A stretch of 64,000 nt of DNA from a virus. Made by a program: the position numbers and the translations under genes. The DNA is taken from positions 1 through 64,000 of IMG/VR virus record IMGVR_UViG_3300023174_000133; one strand, 5' to 3'. Below are positions 48,487 to 58,635 of this stretch, one piece after another; position 1 is the first letter of the stretch, and each line of letters opens with the position of its first letter. The notes under the pieces were generated by a model, which was not told where the DNA came from, did no database searches, and saw only the letters and a program-made list of their open reading frames with translations.

Positions 48487-48977
48487 TCTACGAAGATAGA
48501 ACGAACTGACATCTGGACAGAAATTAGCCATGGTGTCTTTTCTGAACGAGACACTTCGCCCCATCCAATGCCTTCAGGAAGCGCCTGCATACGCCATTTT
48601 TCAACGTGCGTATCTTCGTGATCAACAATTCGAATGTCAATGCGCTTCGATTCTGAACTTTGCATCCACTTTCGAAAGAACTTACTCATCTTTTGGACAC
48701 CCTTCGTTTCAAAAACAAGGATGCCAGTGTCCGGAGAGCCAACAGTCAATACTGGAAGTTTAAGACCAGTGAGTTCGATTTCGTCTTCCCATCCATCGAT
48801 GGTGATAAATGCTCCTGGAGATTCATCTGGTGCAGAATCATCTTCGACAGATTCGATAATTCCATGTTCAATTAGAGATTGAATGGTCTCTGGACTAAGC
48901 TCATCAGGCGTAATTTCACCGGCAACGAGCTTCTTTCCAATCTCTTCTGGCGTCAAAGTGGAAAATTCAGGGTTCAA
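48483..48977 (-). CDS. tail-tube (T4 gp19)-like fold protein
   Basis: KW....KRIDIRIVD....VEKWRM..LPEGIGWGEV.......ISVQMSV pattern. Confidence 0.45.
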   Translation of the reverse strand: MNPEFSTLTPEEIGKKLVAGEITPDELSPETIQSLIEHGIIESVEDDSAPDESPGAFITIDGWEDEIELTGLKLPVLTVGSPDTGILVFETKGVQKMSKFFRKWMQSSESKRIDIRIVDHEDTHVEKWRMQALPEGIGWGEVSRSEKTPWLISVQMSVRSIFVD

Positions 48978-49020
48978 TTTTTCTCCTATGTTAGTATTTT
49001 ATTACTTTGCTGATTAATGT

Positions 49021-49776
49021 TCAACTTGACTTTTGTTTGGGTTTACGTTTAAGCAATGAACTGAGTGGAAAGACCTGCGACTTCCCATCGATTAATACGT
49101 CAACAGAGACCTGATAAATTCCTGTGCTATCGAGTCGTTTATTCAATACTAATACCGGTTCACCAGCTCTTGAATACATGATTTTGCCAGCAAAACCATC
49201 GGCACCTTGCCATTCTTCTGTAAATCCTTTAAAGATAGAGCGAAGAAAGTTGAAATCGTTCTCGTCAATCTTTCCGGTTTTTTCGAAAAAATTCATGACC
49301 TGAATGGCTCGATTGTAAGTCCCAGGCCGTTCACTCCAGTAATATGATGTCGTTCCAAACCTTACTTTATTCTTAAGTAGAGAGATAAACCCTTCAATAT
49401 CAGGGGTTAATTCGACATATACGGCTTCTGTTCTGGCTCGTTCCATCAATTTTTCGAGAAACGAGGCTTGACGTTCGGTGAGAGTCCTGCCTTGAGAAAT
49501 CTTGCGGGAAAAGTCTCGAAGCGTTTCTGCGTCGTCCGGTTTTTGAGTTTGCGCGGCACACTTTTCAATTTCTTCTACTCGACGTAGAACATCTTCATTC
49601 ATGGGGTCAGGAATTCCTTTCGAAAATATATCTTCAAGCCATTCCTTACCTCGACCTCGAGGCGGTGAGCAACTTTCAACAAGCGAAGTAAGGAATAGGC
49701 CATTTGAAGTCTGGCCTTTGCCTGCTGCATTATAAGCAGACGCAAAAATCTTTACCTTTTCGATATCGAAGCTCAT
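49021..49776 (-). CDS. hypothetical protein
   Basis: GGAGG ribosome-binding site; LTERQ motif. Confidence 0.65.
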   Translation of the reverse strand: MSFDIEKVKIFASAYNAAGKGQTSNGLFLTSLVESCSPPRGRGKEWLEDIFSKGIPDPMNEDVLRRVEEIEKCAAQTQKPDDAETLRDFSRKISQGRTLTERQASFLEKLMERARTEAVYVELTPDIEGFISLLKNKVRFGTTSYYWSERPGTYNRAIQVMNFFEKTGKIDENDFNFLRSIFKGFTEEWQGADGFAGKIMYSRAGEPVLVLNKRLDSTGIYQVSVDVLIDGKSQVFPLSSLLKRKPKQKSS

Positions 49777-49827
49777 CGCAACCTCCTGATGTTAGTCTAA
49801 TAACATCATTAGGAAATAATGTACATA

Positions 49828-51150
49828 CTACTTCGACGTTTCTTTCCACGAATGATAAGCTTCGATTATTTTTGGATCGACATCGGACTCTTCACGAAAT
49901 CTGGAGAAGACCGGGAATCTCATGCATCCGTCGGGCGTTAATAGTTGCGCTTCACACTCTACGATTTTACCGATATATGAATCTGGTCCTTCGTTTTGGA
50001 CCGTGCGTTTAATATCATCGGTGTATCCACCACCAACACGAGTAGTCACACCATTAGGCAACAAAACGTTGAACCCTCCGAATTGACCGGCTCTTTTCGT
50101 GGATTCTTTGGAGTTATACCAACCTACGATGACACCTTCATGAGTAGTGACTGGCTTTAGTTTTAAGATTGACTTAGACCGTTTCCATTGATACACCGAG
50201 TCATAGCTCTTCAGCATAACTCCTTCGTATCCGTCTTCTAAACATTCCAAATAAAAATCTTGAATTTCTTTTTCATTTTCACAATCTTTATTTTTCACAA
50301 GCCGAAATTTAGAGTCGTCCATATAGTTTTCTAAAGAAGCGATAAGAAGATCTAATCTTTCTCGATACGTCATATCACATTTTTGGGCTTTCCACGACTC
50401 AAGCGGGACTACATCAAAGATGTGATACAACATATCAGCATCATCTTTTTTCTTTTTCGACGACATTAGGACGGATGCAGAATCATTCCAATCTCGGCCC
50501 ATGACCTCCCCATCGAAAACAATATCATCTCGGGAAATAGATTCAAGTGAGGATTTCAATGTAGGCAACGTATCTAAGACGGTTCCATTTCTCGTGTAAA
50601 AAGTGACGACGCCAGATTCTTTTACTGCGATTACCCGAAGGCCATCTAATTTGGCCTCGACTCTAACGGGATATTTTACGTCTTCTACGATTTTAAAGTT
50701 TCCATTTTTATATTCGGTTTCTAACGTATCAGCGAGCGCAACAGCGAAAGGAACGACCGTATTTGGCCAAAATTTATTGACAAGCGTAGAAGAAACACCA
50801 CACCTGAGATTTCTCCAGAGGATCCGCTCGAACCACTTCTGCGCTAACTCATCGCCAGAATGAATCCACCTTTCAGCAGCTGCTCGGGCCGCATTTCCGG
50901 TGTATTCTCTGTTATTTAGAGATTCTAAACAATCTAAAAATGATGAAAGGAGTTCATCAGAATGACCACCTTCACCAATCGATTTCGGCTTATCGTACTT
51001 AGAAATCCCCCAGTTCTTCCAGGGGTCAAGAGTTAATGCGAAACAACGTTTAAGCAACTCGTTTGAAACGTTACTCTTTAGAACTGATTCTTTAAAGAGT
51101 CGAGAATTGTCCGATTCAAGTAACTCGAGAATTTCAACTACGCTTGTCAT
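49828..51150 (-). CDS. ATP-dependent DNA ligase (T4 gp30-like)
   Basis: EAKLDGLR, TRNG, FDGE, IFD, EGVMLK, LKLK, RFPVF. Confidence 0.95.
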   Translation of the reverse strand: MTSVVEILELLESDNSRLFKESVLKSNVSNELLKRCFALTLDPWKNWGISKYDKPKSIGEGGHSDELLSSFLDCLESLNNREYTGNAARAAAERWIHSGDELAQKWFERILWRNLRCGVSSTLVNKFWPNTVVPFAVALADTLETEYKNGNFKIVEDVKYPVRVEAKLDGLRVIAVKESGVVTFYTRNGTVLDTLPTLKSSLESISRDDIVFDGEVMGRDWNDSASVLMSSKKKKDDADMLYHIFDVVPLESWKAQKCDMTYRERLDLLIASLENYMDDSKFRLVKNKDCENEKEIQDFYLECLEDGYEGVMLKSYDSVYQWKRSKSILKLKPVTTHEGVIVGWYNSKESTKRAGQFGGFNVLLPNGVTTRVGGGYTDDIKRTVQNEGPDSYIGKIVECEAQLLTPDGCMRFPVFSRFREESDVDPKIIEAYHSWKETSK

Positions 51151-51204
51151 TTTTCGCTCTCGTTTATTATCTAATAACCGCTTTTATGAAATTGAACACT
51201 AAAT

Positions 51205-52134
51205 TTAGCGACTATTTTTAAACCATTCAACAGTTCGAGCGACGCCGTCTTCGAAAGAAATACGAGGCTCCCAATTTAATTGAGATTTTGCTAAATCAAT
51301 ATTAGGCTTACGCTGCGTTGGGTCGTCTTGAGGAAGCGGTTTATGAATGATACCAGCACTATTGTTAGTAAAACGATTGATATATTCTGCGAGTTGTAGC
51401 ATCGTCATTTCGTGTGGATTGCCGATATTACAGGGAGTGTTTAGATTTGATTCCATCAAAGCATTAATACCCCTGACAAGATCTTCGACATAACAAAAAC
51501 TACGAGTTTGTTTACCGTCTCCGAACACAGTCAATGGTTCTCCGTTCAACGCCTGATTGATAAACGCCGGCATTACTCGACCATCATTCGGACGCATTCT
51601 GGGGCCATACGTATTGAAGATTCGAACAATGCGTGTATCAACATTTTTATATCGTTGGTATGCCATCGTCAAAGCTTCGGCATAACGTTTGGCCTCGTCG
51701 TACACACTTCGAGGCCCGATTGGATTCACATTACCCCAATACGTTTCAACTTGAGGGTGTACGGCGGGGTCACCGTACACCTCGGAAGTACTGGCGAATA
51801 AGAATCTTGCGCCATCACTAACGCATCGATTCAAACACACTTCTGACGCTTTCGAACCGGCTTCGAGAGTCTCAAATGGCAATTCAACATAGTCAATCGG
51901 CGATGCTGGAGATGCCATGTGATAGATGCGTTCAAATTTTACATCGCTTGGAATTCCATTGATGACGTTAAATTCGAAAAAATGAAAATTCGAATTATTT
52001 TTTAGATGCGCAATGTTATCTGGTTTTCCTGTGATGAAATTATCAACTCCCCACACCTCGTGACCTTGCAATAACAACAAATCTATGAGATGTGAAGGAA
52101 CAAATCCAGCAGCGCCAGTGACTAAAATTTTCAT
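51205..52134 (-). CDS. UDP-glucuronate decarboxylase (UDP-xylose synthase), SDR family
   Basis: [50 protein letters not shown]. Confidence 0.92.
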   Translation of the reverse strand: MKILVTGAAGFVPSHLIDLLLLQGHEVWGVDNFITGKPDNIAHLKNNSNFHFFEFNVINGIPSDVKFERIYHMASPASPIDYVELPFETLEAGSKASEVCLNRCVSDGARFLFASTSEVYGDPAVHPQVETYWGNVNPIGPRSVYDEAKRYAEALTMAYQRYKNVDTRIVRIFNTYGPRMRPNDGRVMPAFINQALNGEPLTVFGDGKQTRSFCYVEDLVRGINALMESNLNTPCNIGNPHEMTMLQLAEYINRFTNNSAGIIHKPLPQDDPTQRKPNIDLAKSQLNWEPRISFEDGVARTVEWFKNSR

Positions 52135-52364
52135 CAGTTGTCGTCGTCCTCGAGTTGGACGAATCGAACGTTCTTAATCCAGTAACCTCGACGCTTAAGT
52201 GTGCTGACAATCTCGGTCGCATCGCACATGCTGGCGTAACCATACGAGACCTTGATTTCATTTACCATCGTCTTCTGTAGTTCAGATAGATTATGCGCAG
52301 TAATAGTCGTAGCGCCTTGTTCTTGTGGACGGGTAATCATCACTGGGAAACGAACTTCACTCAT
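52134..52364 (-). CDS. hypothetical protein
   Basis: AGGAG ribosome-binding site; class A motif upstream. Confidence 0.6.
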   Translation of the reverse strand: MSEVRFPVMITRPQEQGATTITAHNLSELQKTMVNEIKVSYGYASMCDATEIVSTLKRRGYWIKNVRFVQLEDDDN

Positions 52365-52425
52365 GTTTTCTCCTTCTGTTTGCTTAATATAACAATCTTT
52401 TTCTAAATTAACAACTATCGATCGA

Positions 52426-53805
52426 TTACTTTTTAGAGTTTTTTACGATTTTCTTTTTGAGTTCCTTTAGATCTCCTCGATACATTTCAATTGGCAACGT
52501 TTTTTCGACCTTCGAAACTTCTTCTTTCTTTTCTTCGAGCGATTGCTTTAGTTCTTCAAACTTTTCTTTCGTTAGAGTGTGCACTGGAAGCGAAGTCAAA
52601 TAGTTCCAGGTGCCTTCCCGTTTATTAAACTTGAATTTATCCAAGTCGCTTTCTAAATCACTCTTCTTTCTTCCGTTTATTTCGAGTTCGCCGTCGATAA
52701 TCATTTTAATAAAGCGCGCGCGATTATCAAGAACCAACAACTCATCTTTGAGATTCGACAACATCTTTTGTTTGCGGATTTCGTAATAACCAGCACGAAA
52801 CGCTACGAAGTATCGAACGATGTCATGCGCACTATCGAAAATCTTTAGTTTGCCGGACTCGTCCAGAGTCGTAAAATTCTCCGTCTCACGTTCGCTCATT
52901 TTCAGAACATCGTCAAGTTTCTTTTTCTTGATGAGTTCGGAGAGGTTCTGGCGAGGGAATTTAAGGACGTAATTTACCTTTTCTGATGAATTGTCGTCGT
53001 ACGAATGTATGACGCCCTTCTCGATGAGCGAATCGAGGTGCTGTTCATACTTTTCATAAGTAAAAGACGGAGGCACTTCGAAGATTTCGACCGTCGAAGT
53101 ATTCTTCACATCGTATCGACCGCGAATAACCCAGCTCTTAGGAGAGTCCGGGACAGTTGAGTAAGCGCCGTCGAAGCCTTTAATCCACGGATTGAGCGCG
53201 GGCATTTCTTTGTCTTCGAGAACTGCGAGGCAAGCATCGATCAAATCGACAGGATTACGATTCAAGATGTTCGTTGCAAAGCCGACTGCGATACCAGAGC
53301 CACCATTCAAGAGCACAGTCGGAATGATGGGTAAGAAAAACTTCGGTTCAATCTCTTCTCCCTCTTCGAATTGAGGGTCGACGAGGTCGAAATCCTTATA
53401 GAGTAGTCGAAAGTTTTCGTTGAACTTTACGCCGACGTAACGGGGAGCTCCTGCCTCTGGCGATCGAAGCGAACCGAACTGACCGACACCTTCGAAGATG
53501 GGCATTGAGTTCTTAAAGTCCTGAGCCATAGCAGTGATGGCCGACTCCAAAGACCCTCCCCCGTGATGATAGAAGGCTTCTGAAGCCACTCGACCCGCAA
53601 GTTGGAATACCTTAAGGGGCTTCTCATTCCCACTCTTAAAGACCCTATTAGCGACGAATGCGATCTTCCTTTGCGACGGTTTGAAACCGTCGATAACACT
53701 TGGGATAGCGCGCGATGTGATCGTATAAACTGCGTAATTTCGAAGCTCGTTGTCGAAGAAATCGTCAATCTGTCGCGACGGAATCTGATTGCTCTGCACT
53801 TTCAT
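52426..53805 (-). CDS. DNA topoisomerase II medium subunit (T4 gp52-like)
   Basis: RAIPSVIDGFKPSQRK, YHHG, GQFGS, catalytic APRY, GIAVGFAT. Confidence 0.95.
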   Translation of the reverse strand: MKVQSNQIPSRQIDDFFDNELRNYAVYTITSRAIPSVIDGFKPSQRKIAFVANRVFKSGNEKPLKVFQLAGRVASEAFYHHGGGSLESAITAMAQDFKNSMPIFEGVGQFGSLRSPEAGAPRYVGVKFNENFRLLYKDFDLVDPQFEEGEEIEPKFFLPIIPTVLLNGGSGIAVGFATNILNRNPVDLIDACLAVLEDKEMPALNPWIKGFDGAYSTVPDSPKSWVIRGRYDVKNTSTVEIFEVPPSFTYEKYEQHLDSLIEKGVIHSYDDNSSEKVNYVLKFPRQNLSELIKKKKLDDVLKMSERETENFTTLDESGKLKIFDSAHDIVRYFVAFRAGYYEIRKQKMLSNLKDELLVLDNRARFIKMIIDGELEINGRKKSDLESDLDKFKFNKREGTWNYLTSLPVHTLTKEKFEELKQSLEEKKEEVSKVEKTLPIEMYRGDLKELKKKIVKNSKK

Positions 53806-55669
53806 CTCCAGAATTAAATTCTACACCGAGAATCTTAGATTTTCTAACATCAATTCCCGCAGGTGAAAACCAAGAATCTAAAGAAAATTTCAAATCGCTA
53901 CCTGGTGCGATAGAGAACATCTTCGGATTCTGAATAATTTCCTTATATTCTTGGTCATCGAGCGCGGCCAAACCTTTCTTGTATGATACGTCCCACTTTT
54001 CGATGTTCTTGCAAGTTGAGACCCACGCTTCGAATTCTTGTGGAGTATAAAACCACTGTGTATCATTACCTTTTTTCGCGACGACCAATGGAGTTTGAAC
54101 TCGACAAATCTTACCACCAGTCAATAGCTCTGGCCAATATCTTCCGAAGAAATTGACAAGCAATCCCGCGATCGAATCACCATCAGGGTCTGCGTCAGAG
54201 TAGATTAAGATCTTACCGTATCGTAAGTCCTTAGGTTCTTCACCGAGCTTAAGTCCAATAGCCATCAACATTTCTTTGACTTCGTTGTTCTGCATCACAC
54301 GTGCAGCTGTCAGTTCAGACACGTTGATGAACTTTCCACGGAGTGGGAATGCACCCTGCGTCGTCGGGTCACGGAATTTACGAAAAGCTGAAGACGCCGA
54401 ATCTCCCTCAAAGAGTGCGAGTGTACATCGATCGCGATTGAATCGAGCTTTTGCGTCGATTAGCTTAAGAACTTTCCCCTTCGCGAGGTTTTTATTAAGT
54501 TCTCGAAGTTGTTTACGCTCATCGGCCAAAGCTTTTTGCTGCGCCCAGTCGAGAATTCGTTGGACAAGTTCCGATTCCATAATCGACTTTAATGTTTTCT
54601 CACCGATTTCATACTTCGACCCGAACTCTCGAGACTCGGTGATGAGCTTTTCCTTAGTCTGAGACGAAAACGCAGGATTGACTACGTCACACTGCACGAA
54701 TACAAACAAGTGATTTCGAAGCTCGGAGGGCTTCAAGTCAACTTTATGTTTACGTTTGACCTTTTCTCGAAGCCAATCGATGACCTGATTCGCGATGTAA
54801 TCTACGTGTGTTCCACCGTCTTTCGTCTCTACCGAGTTAACGAATGAAACCTGCGAAAACGAACCATTAGAGGGAGCAATTCCAATCTTCCAGCGTTCGC
54901 CTTCCTCTTCGTAAATCACGTTTTCGTCGAATAGGACGCAGTAATCCTTGAACGAAGTGAAGCTTTTTTCGACTGCATTAAAGTAAACTTTTAGTTTACC
55001 GTTGCACGCTGCGATGTCGATACAACGCTTACGCATCATTTCTACGTGCGAATCATCGATAGTTTCCATGCCAAAGCGAGCGAGGTCAGGCTGGAAGGAA
55101 ATTTCTGTATAACCGTCGCCAGGAATCTTACGAACTTCGGCTTTTGTCCTGTCTCGCATATTATTCGTGAAGGTCTGCTCGAATTCATTCTTACCGTCGC
55201 AAGTCCGGACTTCGAAACGAGTCGAAAAGATGTTCGTAAGAGTCGAACCGACACCATTCGTACCGGCGACGAGACGTTCTTCGCTATCGTCGAAGTTCGA
55301 ACCAGCCTTCAAGTTCGAAAAAATGAGCTCTGGGACCCACTCATCGTACTCGGAATGCTTGACGACGGGAATACCACCGTTATCCCAGATGGTAACGGTC
55401 GAATTTTTCTGGTTCACCGTCACACGAATCTCGTTTAACTTTTTATTCCTGCGATGTTCATCGACGGAGTTCGAGACGATTTCATCAAAAATCTTCAGGA
55501 ACGCTGGATTATACGTGACTTTATGGAGTTCAAACTTACCCGTTTCAGGAGACAAAAAGTAGACATCGTCTTCTTTCGGTTTCGTAGACCCAATCCACAT
55601 GCCAGGTCGAGCAAGTGCGTGGTCAATGTCGGATAGTTTTTTATACTTTTCTTCAATAGACTTTGTCAT
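53765..55669 (-). CDS. DNA topoisomerase II large subunit (fused gp39+gp60-like)
   Basis: RPGMWIGS, EIVSNSVD, GTNGVG, EGDSA, PLRGK, DADPDG, KKGL. Confidence 0.95.
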   Translation of the reverse strand: MTKSIEEKYKKLSDIDHALARPGMWIGSTKPKEDDVYFLSPETGKFELHKVTYNPAFLKIFDEIVSNSVDEHRRNKKLNEIRVTVNQKNSTVTIWDNGGIPVVKHSEYDEWVPELIFSNLKAGSNFDDSEERLVAGTNGVGSTLTNIFSTRFEVRTCDGKNEFEQTFTNNMRDRTKAEVRKIPGDGYTEISFQPDLARFGMETIDDSHVEMMRKRCIDIAACNGKLKVYFNAVEKSFTSFKDYCVLFDENVIYEEEGERWKIGIAPSNGSFSQVSFVNSVETKDGGTHVDYIANQVIDWLREKVKRKHKVDLKPSELRNHLFVFVQCDVVNPAFSSQTKEKLITESREFGSKYEIGEKTLKSIMESELVQRILDWAQQKALADERKQLRELNKNLAKGKVLKLIDAKARFNRDRCTLALFEGDSASSAFRKFRDPTTQGAFPLRGKFINVSELTAARVMQNNEVKEMLMAIGLKLGEEPKDLRYGKILIYSDADPDGDSIAGLLVNFFGRYWPELLTGGKICRVQTPLVVAKKGNDTQWFYTPQEFEAWVSTCKNIEKWDVSYKKGLAALDDQEYKEIIQNPKMFSIAPGSDLKFSLDSWFSPAGIDVRKSKILGVEFNSGDESAEQSDSVATD

Positions 55670-55670
55670 A

Positions 55671-55937
55671 TCAACACCCGATGATGATGGTCCTCATATT
55701 CTTATGCCAATGGCCACAAGTGTATCGTAATTCTTGAGCTTTATTTTCCTTACAGAAAATTTCTACGAACTTTCCACCGTCGTCGGAACCTTGCCGGACT
55801 CTCTCGACAGGAAAATCTTTATATAACTCAATGATTTCTTGTGAGAGTCGCTCGGCAACTGGGTCGATTTCTTCTTCGACCTTGATACTAATCGGCTTTT
55901 GGTCTAACAAAAACAGCCTCCATGTAGAATATAACAC
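55671..55937 (-). CDS. hypothetical protein
   Basis: ORF abutting the topoisomerase start; start uncertain. Confidence 0.45.
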   Translation of the reverse strand: MLYSTWRLFLLDQKPISIKVEEEIDPVAERLSQEIIELYKDFPVERVRQGSDDGGKFVEIFCKENKAQELRYTCGHWHKNMRTIIIGC

Positions 55938-55960
55938 ATCTTTGACGAAAAGAACATAGC

Positions 55961-56893
55961 CTAAACGATTTCTACTCGATTTTCGATCTTGTCAAGTGCC
56001 CAATCGACCTGAATGTGACGAGTCTGGCCATACCCGTCAGTGGCAACTTTCTTTGAAATAGTCCACTTATTCAACAGAATTACAATGTCTGCGAGTGAAA
56101 TGTCACCACTGGATAATAACTGGTCAAGAGCTCGCATCATCATTTGTTTACGTGTGTGTTCTGCGTTAAAAATACTCGGCCATTCATCATTTTTAACGCG
56201 AGCGACCCATTCGATAAGTAAGTCTTTCGAGGCATGTGTAATCGCATTGTAATTACGATGCATCAAATATTTCGCAAGACGGCGACCAAGGAATGGCGTC
56301 GAGCTTTTGTTAATCTCTATCACCTTAAATTCTTGAAGTTCAAACCATTTTTTAGGAAATACGATTCTCTCCCCGTCGAAACCAACCATACAATTCACCA
56401 GGTCGAAGTCGGAAATCGTATCGATAAGAGTGCGCTTAAACCCGTCAGGTGGATTCGTTACATACTGAATTTTGACCTCGTTAATGCGATTTTCGTCGAT
56501 GTTAGTCGAAGTGGCATAATTACGAGTAAGTCTATTCGGACGCAGGAGCCAGTCGGTCGCGAAACGACCAGTCGTGTTAAATTTAGGAGACCTAAAATTC
56601 GCTGTAGCATCTTCGTTCGCGTTCTTGGCAGAAACAGCGTCAGGGAAAAAGATATCGATATCGCCAGGAAAATCGACGTCTCGACGGCGTTCAGGCCAGA
56701 TGTAATCTACGATTGATTCACCTGCCAGGATGGTCCTCGCAAATCCCCCGGCAATCCAACCTCCGTTTCTAATCCCGATAGAAACAGTTTGGTCTGTGAT
56801 AATGTGGTAAAAAAGCCCAAACTCTTCAGGTCTAATGAATTCTGACAGAGGACGACTAACAAATTCGAGTGTCATTTTTTCTCCACAGCCCAA
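55961..56893 (-). CDS. Pol-beta-superfamily nucleotidyltransferase (CCA/poly(A) polymerase head-like)
   Basis: IAGGFAR...DIDIFF, DFDLVNCMVG. Confidence 0.65.
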   Translation of the reverse strand: MGCGEKMTLEFVSRPLSEFIRPEEFGLFYHIITDQTVSIGIRNGGWIAGGFARTILAGESIVDYIWPERRRDVDFPGDIDIFFPDAVSAKNANEDATANFRSPKFNTTGRFATDWLLRPNRLTRNYATSTNIDENRINEVKIQYVTNPPDGFKRTLIDTISDFDLVNCMVGFDGERIVFPKKWFELQEFKVIEINKSSTPFLGRRLAKYLMHRNYNAITHASKDLLIEWVARVKNDEWPSIFNAEHTRKQMMMRALDQLLSSGDISLADIVILLNKWTISKKVATDGYGQTRHIQVDWALDKIENRVEIV

Positions 56894-56967
56894 ATTTAAT
56901 GTAACATCATTTTTATTCTTTGGACATAGCGAAAGAGCGAAATACTTAGATATTATTGGGAGTTAAA

Positions 56968-57513
56968 ATGATTGAAACCTTACGAGCATTGATTAGAGAA
57001 TGCGTTTTGGAAGAAGCACGAACGCTTATGGGAATAGATTTAACGGACTTATCTCTTAGCGAAATCGATGAGCTTGAATTATACCTAAGCGGTAACATTT
57101 CGCTTGATGATATCGAAAGCCCTATCGTTAAAAGAAGAGTTACTGGGATGCAGGCCAAGAATCAAAGAAAACAACCCGATGTTTTCGTGAGAAGAAGACA
57201 AGGTGATGATAAAGACGTCGTCGTCAAAAGAAAAGAGCCCGGTAATCAACCAAGTCTCATTACGAAACCCAACATAGCCAAACCGCCACCGCCAATGAAT
57301 AGACTAATAAATGGTCAAACGATGGGGAAAAGAGAGCACACCGTAGACCTCGGAATGATGAACATAACGAATGATTATGGCGACCGTCTTAGAATACGTC
57401 ACAAAGAAAGACAACAAGCTCCAGGATACTGGATATGGGATACAAATCTACGCGACGAAAAGGGTAAGGTCGGCGATTGGGTTTGGGTGCCAGGAAAGAC
57501 TTACGGAAAGTAA
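56968..57513 (+). CDS. hypothetical protein with N-terminal tag
   Basis: GGAG ribosome-binding site; MIETLRALIRECVLEEA; ATACTTA upstream. Confidence 0.65.
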   Translation: MIETLRALIRECVLEEARTLMGIDLTDLSLSEIDELELYLSGNISLDDIESPIVKRRVTGMQAKNQRKQPDVFVRRRQGDDKDVVVKRKEPGNQPSLITKPNIAKPPPPMNRLINGQTMGKREHTVDLGMMNITNDYGDRLRIRHKERQQAPGYWIWDTNLRDEKGKVGDWVWVPGKTYGK

Positions 57514-57518
57514 TTCGT

Positions 57519-57944
57519 TTACGCGTGACAGCCGATTTTAACGAATCGGCCATCTCTAAGTCCGTAAGTATTCACGCAGCAACATCCATATGATCCTCCC
57601 TCCCCCATCCACGAGGGTTCGTCATCATCCGGAAGAATAGACAACCAGTCCTCATCGCCACCATTCGTCGATAACGCCCTGAGCTCGCCTGGGGCGTCGT
57701 AAAACTTCCAGGTAATGATTGAATTTCCTTGTTGTTCAATGGTTGGAACGGGTGGACCAGACCAACACCACTCGTCAAATTCCGAGATGTATTCCGTGCT
57801 TTTATGGTCTGGGTAGTGACGAAATTCGCTCTTACCATCAGCCAAATAATACATATAGACCCTGTCGTACCTTACACCCGCGCGCCAGGCGATGATACAA
57901 CCGCTCGCAGATTCGTCGGGTTCAATCTCGTTCCAATCATACAT
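57519..57944 (-). CDS. hypothetical protein
   Basis: W.F.DAP.ELR.LS..GGDEDW. Confidence 0.6.
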   Translation of the reverse strand: MYDWNEIEPDESASGCIIAWRAGVRYDRVYMYYLADGKSEFRHYPDHKSTEYISEFDEWCWSGPPVPTIEQQGNSIITWKFYDAPGELRALSTNGGDEDWLSILPDDDEPSWMGEGGSYGCCCVNTYGLRDGRFVKIGCHA

Positions 57945-58081
57945 CTTCTTTTCCTCGCCAGAATTCTGTCTCTAACCTACACAAAGGACAAGGATATTCA
58001 AGTGAACATTCTCGTTCAATGTAATCATTAGTGTAAGTCAATCTAACAAGATCTCTAATGATTTCGAGTAAAACCTGAAAT

Positions 58082-58399
58082 TTATTCAATAACTTGGACA
58101 TATGATCGCCGAATCCAACCTTGCCCTTCACCAGGAACGATGACCTTCACCCACCATTCACCACGGGCGAATGCCGTATCGACGAGCAAGGACGACAAAC
58201 CAGCCTTAAATTTAGGTCCTCGAGGTCGCCAATCAGCTGGGTCAACATCGTCTGATGGCACTTTGTTGAAGGTTGTGTAAGAACCATCAACCATTCGAAG
58301 CCTAACGAGGTCGCCCTGTTGCAAATCACATGGAATATCACTTGAATTCACGGTTTCTTCTCCTTCTACATCTTGTAAAAATGCCACAACGTCCCCCAA
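58082..58399 (-). CDS. SH3-like hypothetical protein
   Basis: QGDLVRL...WWVKV...GQGWI. Confidence 0.6.
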   Translation of the reverse strand: MGDVVAFLQDVEGEETVNSSDIPCDLQQGDLVRLRMVDGSYTTFNKVPSDDVDPADWRPRGPKFKAGLSSLLVDTAFARGEWWVKVIVPGEGQGWIRRSYVQVIE

Positions 58400-58635
58400 A
58401 AAGTCTTAAGCTCGCCATTTAACATGACAGTAACATCGACAGCATCGCTTACACTCGCTTTCGATTTCGGGTGTTCAACCCCAGTAACGATACAAGGTCC
58501 ATGAAAAGTATGCTCGGCACCAGTCGAATGGGTCGATAAAATAAATGGGTTGTGTATGAAAACTAAATCCCCTTCTTTCAATTTGTTAGCAGGAATCATC
58601 TTATTCGAATCTTTCGTTACGTCAAAGTTGAACAT
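58366..58635 (-). CDS. SH3-like hypothetical protein
   Basis: LKEGDLV..GPCIV. Confidence 0.55.
   Translation of the reverse strand: MFNFDVTKDSNKMIPANKLKEGDLVFIHNPFILSTHSTGAEHTFHGPCIVTGVEHPKSKASVSDAVDVTVMLNGELKTFWGTLWHFYKM

Noticed and set aside
52426-55669. Intron, intein or T4 gene 60-type translational bypass in the topoisomerase genes
   Set aside because: Both subunits are uninterrupted and of expected size
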